A DNA stretch of 64,000 nucleotides from a virus (Duplodnaviria > Caudoviricetes). Shown piece by piece: positions 56,434 through 64,000 of this stretch; the stretch's first letter is position 1; each line of letters opens with the position of its first letter. The notes beneath the pieces were generated by a model. That model was given only the letters and a program-made list of their open reading frames with translations, was not told the origin of the DNA and searched no databases. A program made the position numbers and the translations under genes. The stretch is taken from positions 32,001-96,000 of IMG/VR virus record IMGVR_UViG_3300020577_006271; one strand, given 5' to 3'.

Positions 56434-57114
56434 TTAATCGTATTCTTCTAAATATTGAAAACAGTATTTTAAAAATTTTTTCCATGTGTCGTTTTGTTCT
56501 TCAGGATCGTAGAAATAATCCCAATACTTCCAAAAAGCATTAGATTCAGCAGCGTCGATTTTTGAATTTTTCGGATTTCTTAATAATTGTAAGACATCAT
56601 CTTTAGTGTAACCGTTGGACATTAAATCAACAATGGCTTCGTTTGCGTGTGCCATAATTTCATGAACATTACTTAAATACTCGGTATTATTTGTTGCGTC
56701 AGAAGATGGTTTCATTTTACCTCCAGATTTATCAAGTTGATTTACATGTGTCAATTCGTGGGTTAATATACCTTTAACAGTTCTAACAAATGTAACGTAA
56801 TAATATTGATCTAAAATATCTATTAGCTCGTCGAATACATATATTGTTATGTTTCCACCTGAATCAACTGAGCCTCCATATATACCTACATCTTGATAAG
56901 CTGGCGGATTACCGTCAATATCTCCCATAACAAATTCAACATTATATTCGTGAACAGCGTCGTTAAATAATTCAACTGCATCAATAGTAGATTCACATTC
57001 TAAAAATTTATCCTTTAATGGTATTAATTTTCCAGAAACGTGAGATGCAATAGATTTAATATCGGATTGATCACGTTCTAATATTAATTTTGCTATATCT
57101 TTAAATTTAATCAT
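56434..57114 (-). CDS. MIKFK-leader zincin metallopeptidase
   Basis: MIKFKDIAKLILE; THELTHVNQ..YL...HEIMAHA. Confidence 0.8.
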   Translation of the reverse strand: MIKFKDIAKLILERDQSDIKSIASHVSGKLIPLKDKFLECESTIDAVELFNDAVHEYNVEFVMGDIDGNPPAYQDVGIYGGSVDSGGNITIYVFDELIDILDQYYYVTFVRTVKGILTHELTHVNQLDKSGGKMKPSSDATNNTEYLSNVHEIMAHANEAIVDLMSNGYTKDDVLQLLRNPKNSKIDAAESNAFWKYWDYFYDPEEQNDTWKKFLKYCFQYLEEYD

Positions 57115-57121
57115 TTTTTCC

Positions 57122-58684
57122 TTAGATTGACCATTGAATGTTAAATGTTATATTTACATCGTCTCTCATTTGCACCGGCTGGGCTAATTTTCCTATTACC
57201 AATAAGTTTCCATCTTTATCATATAATCCAATTGATGTAATATAAGGATTCAATAATCCACTCTGGAATTCTTCGATCATTATATCTGAATCATATGCTA
57301 CTCTGGCTGATGGATTCGTAGATAAATTAAATTCTCCTTTGCCAACTCTTACTGTGGCATCATATTCATAAATAGTATGTATCGATGTGAACTCCACAGC
57401 CGCGTTGTCAAAATAATTAAAATCAGAATGAAACCTAGATGACAATATAATCTGACCATTTTTATATATAACTTTTCCAACAATAGCATTATAATTATCT
57501 AAATACAATGCACGTGCTAAATTAATTAAATCGGAACTATTATTATATGGTAGTTTATTGAAAATTTCAATATTAGACAATGTAACATCGAATGGGGCTG
57601 ATCCGTAATCAACGTAATTACCAATAATTAAATCATAATCGTTAGCAGTATATTTAGTAAAATCAGTGGTAGACTGGTATAATTCTCCATTAATAAACAT
57701 TGCAATTTTAAAATTTTGTCCATCTGGAAATCTATATATTTGTACATCATATTCAGATGGCGCTCCTACTAACGGGTACGATATTTGTGTAACTGTCTTT
57801 CCATCCGACCGTTTAAATACCAAAGCCTGTTCATTATCTATTTCAACGTGAAACGGATAACAATTAGTATAAATTTCTTCAATCTCATCGTAAATCACTG
57901 TTTTGTCAATTGTATTCAAATCAACCGGCATTGTTTTAATGCCCTTTGAATTTTTGGTACGAATTTGATTGCAATTAATAAGTTTATATCCAGTATTCCA
58001 GCCATTAATTCCAAGCTTGAATTTAATTAAAAAACTGCCTTCTATTAAATTCATTTCTGGACGGTGTTTATAATGGATATAAGATTTTTGATGAATGGAC
58101 ATCCCATTCATAAAATTATTATATTTCTGAGAGTTAAAAATCTTAACATTATTAAATTTAACTGCTACATTCTTATAATTATATACTCCATTAATTAGGT
58201 TTTTGCCTTCAAAAGACCCCGTATAACCGCCTGCCGTAGCGTACAACGTAGCAAAATCCAGTTCTAATATACTTTTACACTTACGATTGAAATAATGTGT
58301 TAAATCACTTCTATTAGATTTGTACAAATTTCCCAATCCATCATCTATTAAGTCGAATCCATATTGAGTATTAATAATTTTTACCGATCCAGGTTTAATT
58401 GTCTCTCCAGCTTGCAAATATGGTATAGTTATTTCACTTGGTTGATAACTTAAATATTGGTCAATATAATGCTGGTGTTTCAGTGAGTGCCAAAATACTG
58501 ATTGGTAAACACCATTATCATTTATTGGGTCGTTCTCTGCCTGGATGGAGCCAACTGGAGTTGGATTAGGTGAATATAATCCGTGCATAACTGATATGTC
58601 AGTTAATTTATTATTCTTCAATACCGGAATACCATTTATTGAAAAATCTTCAGGTGGTATTCGTTTAAAGACCTTAGGTATCAT
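57122..58684 (-). CDS. virion structural protein (paralog 1, possible LamG-like insert)
   Basis: C-terminal EFNLSTNPS..NPYITSIGLYD..LLVIGKLAQP. Confidence 0.7.
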   Translation of the reverse strand: MIPKVFKRIPPEDFSINGIPVLKNNKLTDISVMHGLYSPNPTPVGSIQAENDPINDNGVYQSVFWHSLKHQHYIDQYLSYQPSEITIPYLQAGETIKPGSVKIINTQYGFDLIDDGLGNLYKSNRSDLTHYFNRKCKSILELDFATLYATAGGYTGSFEGKNLINGVYNYKNVAVKFNNVKIFNSQKYNNFMNGMSIHQKSYIHYKHRPEMNLIEGSFLIKFKLGINGWNTGYKLINCNQIRTKNSKGIKTMPVDLNTIDKTVIYDEIEEIYTNCYPFHVEIDNEQALVFKRSDGKTVTQISYPLVGAPSEYDVQIYRFPDGQNFKIAMFINGELYQSTTDFTKYTANDYDLIIGNYVDYGSAPFDVTLSNIEIFNKLPYNNSSDLINLARALYLDNYNAIVGKVIYKNGQIILSSRFHSDFNYFDNAAVEFTSIHTIYEYDATVRVGKGEFNLSTNPSARVAYDSDIMIEEFQSGLLNPYITSIGLYDKDGNLLVIGKLAQPVQMRDDVNITFNIQWSI

Positions 58685-60444
58685 TATTGGCTAATTTTAA
58701 TATTAACGATTGCTTCTTCAGAAAAAGTCTTTAACATTGGTGCAGGAAATTTCCCAATAGCTAATAATTCCTTCTTAGAATTATATAATCCAATTGCAGT
58801 TGGATAAACTTTTGGGTTGTGTTTCATAAATGTCAATATCGATCCATCTAAATCAGTAATAAATGTCGGATTGTTTGAAAAATTAAATGAATAATTACTT
58901 ATGCGTGCAAACGAGTTGATAATATATTTATATTCACGACGTCTTGCTAAAAATCCGTAATTTTCATATAAATCATCCGTGATTATCATTCTAAACAATT
59001 TATACGCATTAAATCCATATGCATCATTGATTGACAAAAATGGATCTAATATATCTTCGGCATTAAGAATTAGCGTACCATGCTGTGGATATAAAATTCC
59101 AACCGGTGATGTGCCAGATAACAATACATATGATGGTAATATTTCACTTTGTTGTACTTGACCAAAATTAGTGTCCACAATTGCATTCGAAACAGTTGTT
59201 GGTAAAATTCCCAAATCAGCTGGTTGGAAATCATTAGGATCTAGAGCGTCACTGTCAATTGTGCTTAAATTTAATTTAATATTTCCCGGATCTAGTTGCG
59301 TCTTGTATAAATCTAAATTAAAATTAATAACCAATATATTATCTACTTCAACGCCATTAATAACAAATTTAGATTTTGGATTTCCTAATAATTTCGATGC
59401 ATATTGTGAATATATTGCTTTGGTCATTGACCTTCCAGGAGAATCTGATACTGTTCCAAGTCCATTCCATTGACCAAAGCAGATTCTAAATAATTTCGGA
59501 TTACACTTAACCGTTGTATTTTTCGCAAATTGATATACATCGAATGAAGTAGATAATTGTGTTAAATCAACGGTGCTACCTCCAGTACCGTCACAGTGAC
59601 TCCATAAATTTGATATTTTAGCTGTACCATCTGGCCATACAGTAGATGTTATATATTCAAGGTCCTTAAATGTCTCAATATTAGATGAATAAACACTGCC
59701 AGCCCCAACTAATGGAGTTTCTGGAGTGATAATATCAGGCTGTGGTGGAAATATTATCGGTGGAATTGTCGGAACGGTCTCCACCAAATAACATATCTGA
59801 CCATTTTTAGTAACATAGTAGTATCCATCGGGAGATTTTACTGAACTGTCGATTATTATCTTACCATTTACAGAATTTGGTATTCCATTTGGAAAATAAT
59901 ACTTAGCAATGTAAACATCAAACCCATCTAATTTATCATACGAAACATGTTGTACGAAACAAGTTAAATTATCAATATAATAGTTAGTACAGACTTGCTT
60001 GTATTTTCTACCAGTTGAAAAATTCTTAGATTCTACCATAATGGCACTGGTATAAGGATCTAACGACGATACTCTATCGGTTTCTGGCTTGGCAAGAAAA
60101 TTTTCCGCTTCAGCTTTAAACGTAAACGTGGTATCTCTAAGCTCTATACCATAATCAGATATATTAAGACATGGATTAACCGGTGGAGTTGGTGGTGGTG
60201 GAGTTGGTGTTGGATATTCTGGACCTTCCACTGGTATATACCATGGCGTCCACCAAGTATGACCCGACGAAAATGAAGTGGTTAACCAAGGAGTAGTTCC
60301 ACCATATTGCTGTTTTACTACATCTTCACCAAAATAATATATAGGAGATGCTCCAGTGTATGGTTCTACCTCTGTAAATTGACCTATTACCGAATCATAA
60401 TAATAAGGATAAAGGTTTGTATTTGTTGATACAATAAAACTCAT
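58684..60444 (-). CDS. virion structural protein (paralog 2)
   Basis: TKAIYSQY, FNFSNNPTF..NPKVYPTAIGLYN. Confidence 0.7.
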   Translation of the reverse strand: MSFIVSTNTNLYPYYYDSVIGQFTEVEPYTGASPIYYFGEDVVKQQYGGTTPWLTTSFSSGHTWWTPWYIPVEGPEYPTPTPPPPTPPVNPCLNISDYGIELRDTTFTFKAEAENFLAKPETDRVSSLDPYTSAIMVESKNFSTGRKYKQVCTNYYIDNLTCFVQHVSYDKLDGFDVYIAKYYFPNGIPNSVNGKIIIDSSVKSPDGYYYVTKNGQICYLVETVPTIPPIIFPPQPDIITPETPLVGAGSVYSSNIETFKDLEYITSTVWPDGTAKISNLWSHCDGTGGSTVDLTQLSTSFDVYQFAKNTTVKCNPKLFRICFGQWNGLGTVSDSPGRSMTKAIYSQYASKLLGNPKSKFVINGVEVDNILVINFNLDLYKTQLDPGNIKLNLSTIDSDALDPNDFQPADLGILPTTVSNAIVDTNFGQVQQSEILPSYVLLSGTSPVGILYPQHGTLILNAEDILDPFLSINDAYGFNAYKLFRMIITDDLYENYGFLARRREYKYIINSFARISNYSFNFSNNPTFITDLDGSILTFMKHNPKVYPTAIGLYNSKKELLAIGKFPAPMLKTFSEEAIVNIKISQ

Positions 60445-62090
60445 TAATATTCCAATTTAACTCGAACAACGGTTTCTTTTCCAAATGTTTTTTTGAATGG
60501 TTTACTTAGTTTTGCAACAGCAACCAGATCCTTCTTCTCATTATACAATCCAACAGTCGTAATCCATACATTTGGATTATTTATCATGATTGGATGCAAT
60601 AAATCACCCTGTGACCCTGTAACAAACGATGGATTATTTGAAAAATTGTATTCTGCATTTTTAACTCTACAAAAATATTGTGTAGATTTTACCCTTTCGG
60701 CTGACCTTGCTTGAAATCCAAGTGGATCTCCAGATAAATCAGTATATATTGCTGATCCAGACATTGATTTAAACAATTTCGCTGGATTGTCTCCGGCTAT
60801 TTCTCCGCCACCAGTTGAATTTGCTATGACTGTACCTAGAAATAAATTATTATCTAATTTTTTTGCATCTAATATGTAAACCCCAAGACGTTTATAGAAC
60901 AATCCATAAACTACGGGTGCTGCTGGAGATCCTGTAACATATACCCCACCGTTTATATTATAATTTTCTAATGATCCTGAAACAATATTATACACTTCAC
61001 CAGCTTGAGTTATTGTTGGGTCATTTAACCGGCTATCATCTATTAATGAAACCACTTGTTTAGTTCCTTTAACTACGACATTTGATCCAGTATATAGCCA
61101 AGCATCTCCAGTGTATCCATTGTTTGCGGTTTTATCAAAATTATAACCGGTTAATGTTTGTAGATTTAACTGCCAATTACCTTCATCAACAAAATCTTTA
61201 AATCTAGCACGGTTTACATTTATGACATAAATATTATCGGCAACTTCTCCACCAATAGTAAATGACTGGGATTGTCCGTGTAAACATAACATTCTGTATT
61301 GTCCATATATAGCTCTTGTTGGAGTGTCATCAGTTTGTACACCTTGGTCTTCCGATCCCGATCCATATTTTTGACCAAATGCTACAGAAAATTGTGGTTC
61401 TGCTAAGCAATCCGTTAGTGATCCAGTATTATAAACTTCTATATAATATTTTAGCTGACTAACTGTCTGGTTTGGATTTATATGCATCTCTAAGAGATTA
61501 CTCAACCCACCTGACCACATTGCACGAGTGACAATATCTTCTTGATTAGGTACAATGTCTCCGACTGTTAATTGTGTATATAACTGTCCAGACCCAAGTA
61601 TTCCACCAGGTGGTATGACCGGTGGAGTTGAAGGTAATGGAGTTTGATTATTTGGCGATATTGGAGTAAACGTTAATGGCGGATCTACAACTGGTCTTGG
61701 TGGAACTGCTGGATTAACGGTTGAAGGTACGTCGGTACGGGTTGGCTGTGACACGGTTGGACCTGTTCCAGAAGTGGTCACAGTACCAATTCTAAATAAT
61801 TGTCCACGATCCGATGCGACATAAATTGTTCCATTGGAGTCTCTGAAGGATGGAATGTTACCAATTACCGATGGCCATATATATTGGCTCATTGAAGCTA
61901 TCATCCCAGATGTAGTTGTACTATCCGTAGAAACTGCTGTTAGAATATATGCAGATTCTTCTAGTTTAGATATAATCGAAGCATCAATAACTGACTTCGC
62001 ATCAATACTAAAATTCTGACTACTCGTTCTTGAAGCTACAGATGCGATAGACTCGGTGGTTTTACCAAATGTATTATTTAAATTTATCAT
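60444..62090 (-). CDS. virion structural protein (paralog 3)
   Basis: PTRAIYGQYR, YNFSNNPSF..ITTVGLYN..AVAKLSKP. Confidence 0.75.
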   Translation of the reverse strand: MINLNNTFGKTTESIASVASRTSSQNFSIDAKSVIDASIISKLEESAYILTAVSTDSTTTSGMIASMSQYIWPSVIGNIPSFRDSNGTIYVASDRGQLFRIGTVTTSGTGPTVSQPTRTDVPSTVNPAVPPRPVVDPPLTFTPISPNNQTPLPSTPPVIPPGGILGSGQLYTQLTVGDIVPNQEDIVTRAMWSGGLSNLLEMHINPNQTVSQLKYYIEVYNTGSLTDCLAEPQFSVAFGQKYGSGSEDQGVQTDDTPTRAIYGQYRMLCLHGQSQSFTIGGEVADNIYVINVNRARFKDFVDEGNWQLNLQTLTGYNFDKTANNGYTGDAWLYTGSNVVVKGTKQVVSLIDDSRLNDPTITQAGEVYNIVSGSLENYNINGGVYVTGSPAAPVVYGLFYKRLGVYILDAKKLDNNLFLGTVIANSTGGGEIAGDNPAKLFKSMSGSAIYTDLSGDPLGFQARSAERVKSTQYFCRVKNAEYNFSNNPSFVTGSQGDLLHPIMINNPNVWITTVGLYNEKKDLVAVAKLSKPFKKTFGKETVVRVKLEY

Positions 62091-62101
62091 TTATCCTCTA
62101 A

Positions 62102-62761
62102 TTATTGAGTTAATCCAGCATTGAAATTAGCCGGTTGTTGTCTAACTGTAACATTAACAATCGTCTGACCACCTGTTTCGTTACCATATATTGTGATAGT
62201 GGCCGTTTTAGATGTTGTCAATTGCGGTTTTGCTGTTATTTTAAATGATTTGCCAATCAATCTAACTGATGTATCAGTATCGAATATTCCTGTTGCTGGT
62301 GGTACTATCATATCAGTTCCAATGGTAACTTCTTCTACTGTCATTAATACGGCATCAGAATCCGATAATACTGCTGTGTATCCATATGACTTATTTCCAT
62401 CTTGATAGTTCGGCGTATCTGGAATAATCATTGCGGATTGACCACTATCTAAAGTAATCGAATTATTTTGAACCACAACTTGTGGAATCCTGACGGATTT
62501 CTTAGGCAATGTAACCAGTTTAAACTTCATATTTTGCGTCTCGTCTGGAACTGCTTCCGTTATGGGCATGTTTTCAATGATAGCTCCGTAATATTCGGTA
62601 CCAAGTGGGTGGTCGGGATTAAAAAGACTATAATCTATTTCATCATCTGCCAAGGCGAAGAATGCAATATTAAAATTATCTTGCCCTTTAGCTAATAATT
62701 CACGACCTTTTTTGGTAAGTATGGCGTCGACGGTAATTTCGTCATTCTTAAGATATCCCAT
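62102..62761 (-). CDS. conserved virion/baseplate structural protein
   Basis: MGYL..ITVDAILTKKGRELLA..FALADDEIDY. Confidence 0.7.
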   Translation of the reverse strand: MGYLKNDEITVDAILTKKGRELLAKGQDNFNIAFFALADDEIDYSLFNPDHPLGTEYYGAIIENMPITEAVPDETQNMKFKLVTLPKKSVRIPQVVVQNNSITLDSGQSAMIIPDTPNYQDGNKSYGYTAVLSDSDAVLMTVEEVTIGTDMIVPPATGIFDTDTSVRLIGKSFKITAKPQLTTSKTATITIYGNETGGQTIVNVTVRQQPANFNAGLTQ

Positions 62762-62791
62762 GTATTTTTCCTGTTAATTTAATATAATTAG

Positions 62792-64000
62792 TTAATTAAT
62801 TTTAATATTTGATTGGTTTTCTTGTGATACAGTTAAATAGGTTGGGTCAACGTCGAAATATTCTACAACGGGTCCTTTATCCAATGTATCATCCGATGGT
62901 ATATTCCATCCCGGGGATGATATTTTAGTACCAATAAATCGAATGTTATTTGTGACAGCGTATTCGTCATGTTGATAAGAAGTTTGTTCCAATGTATCAA
63001 ACTGTTTTTTATAATTAAGCATGTTATTTAATATTAGCATTTCTCGTTGGTACAATGTCTTATAATCGAATATATCAAATCCATATATTCTAAATACAGA
63101 GTCGGTTGTAATTCCATCGTTGATACGCAGTATTAAACTGATATCCAAAATATCATCAGATAAAGTAGTTAACTCTAGATAATAAGGAGCAACTATACGA
63201 TTTGGTCCCGGATTATTTAGCCTTAGACCAAAACCACCACTTCCTGATACTTCATTACCATTAAATTCAACTAAAGCTACGGCATTTCCTGGGATAGTGT
63301 TGGTTCCGTTCAGCCACTCAATATAAAATCTGCATATATATCTACCTGTAGGTAATGCAATACCATAAAATTTAACATCAGTTTCGATGTAAGTGAAAGC
63401 CGTTGGGTTCAATATTGAATCCACGACATTAATATATGTTTTAAATGGACGTTTATCCACATTGTTAATTTCCATTAAAGATGTTTCTGAATTTGTGATC
63501 ACATACTCCGCGCCAGAACCAACTTCAATTTCGTTTATATCATCAAAATATCGATATACAGAATATTCGACACGATTTTCATCCGTGTAATGTTTTATTT
63601 TTTTCTTATATCTGCAATCAATTCTAGGTTTATCAATCATTGTTTCCAGACCACCTATACCACCTATATTTATTTTTATTGGAGCCGGCTTTAACGATTC
63701 ATATAAAGTTGATAAAATTTCATAATTTAATTTCAGTAAAGTTTGCAATTCAGATGCAGTTATATTAATTTCAGTTGCATGCGTTATAGTGGTATATAAT
63801 GCAGATGCAGCTATTTCTAAGTCTGTGATATTAATAATATCAGCATCCAAATGTGATTCATCAGATTCTGGATTCTTTGATCTTAAATTATAATCTAAAT
63901 CAATATTATTAACTGTTATTTCTAAACGATTTAAAATCTTAGATTTATTTTTCTCAAGAACATGTGGCTCTATTAAGATACCAGCGATTAAATTTGCTGA
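62792..64000 (-). CDS. large baseplate-like structural protein, C-terminal part (5' end outside window)
   Basis: Frame is open to the window edge (SANLIAGILIEPHVLEKNK...). Confidence 0.7.
   Translation of the reverse strand, partial: SANLIAGILIEPHVLEKNKSKILNRLEITVNNIDLDYNLRSKNPESDESHLDADIINITDLEIAASALYTTITHATEINITASELQTLLKLNYEILSTLYESLKPAPIKINIGGIGGLETMIDKPRIDCRYKKKIKHYTDENRVEYSVYRYFDDINEIEVGSGAEYVITNSETSLMEINNVDKRPFKTYINVVDSILNPTAFTYIETDVKFYGIALPTGRYICRFYIEWLNGTNTIPGNAVALVEFNGNEVSGSGGFGLRLNNPGPNRIVAPYYLELTTLSDDILDISLILRINDGITTDSVFRIYGFDIFDYKTLYQREMLILNNMLNYKKQFDTLEQTSYQHDEYAVTNNIRFIGTKISSPGWNIPSDDTLDKGPVVEYFDVDPTYLTVSQENQSNIKIN

Noticed and set aside
1-64000. Stop-codon reassignment (TAG or TGA) as in some jumbo phages
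   Set aside because: Core genes are full length and densely packed under code 11
1-64000. CRISPR array, tRNA or rRNA genes, or a diversity-generating retroelement
   Set aside because: No regularly spaced repeat-spacer units, cloverleaf candidates, reverse transcriptase or adenine-specific repeat pairs were seen by eye; intergenic gaps are short. tRNAscan/Infernal were not run

Overview
An AT-rich, gene-dense segment of a large T4-like myovirus (jumbo-phage type), with essentially all real genes on the minus strand and the standard genetic code. It contains replication/recombination genes (5'-3' exonuclease, RecA/UvsX, gp32-like SSB, a short family-A DNA polymerase, primase, fused Mre11-Rad50) and a near-complete morphogenesis cluster (TerL, portal, prohead protease, scaffold, major capsid, neck, sheath, tube, tape measure, baseplate and fibre proteins). 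A Bacteroidota host is inferred from TTTG-N19/20-TAnnTTTG-type promoters, Gln-after-signal-peptide proteins and a phage bS21. The most striking feature is a dispersed family of about 16 small accessory genes with unrelated bodies that share two conserved N-terminal leaders (MIKFKDILxE and MTKEQIKQIVKLTE..KKLNE). The leaders end in the [LIV]-x-E motif cut by T4-type prohead proteases. The cargo includes two ADP-ribosyltransferase-like domains, two HExxH metallopeptidases, a truncated papain/transglutaminase-like domain and two polyproteins with repeated protease-site linkers. I infer a modular, shuffleable capsid-targeting and injected-effector system; one cassette retains a visible recombination scar. 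Other notable items are bS21 together with SD motifs on late genes, a candidate late promoter, a probable recoding site before the tape measure gene, a mini PEP-dikinase operon and a zinc-finger/endonuclease/DNA methyltransferase fusion. All functional calls come from motif recognition by eye, not from database searches.
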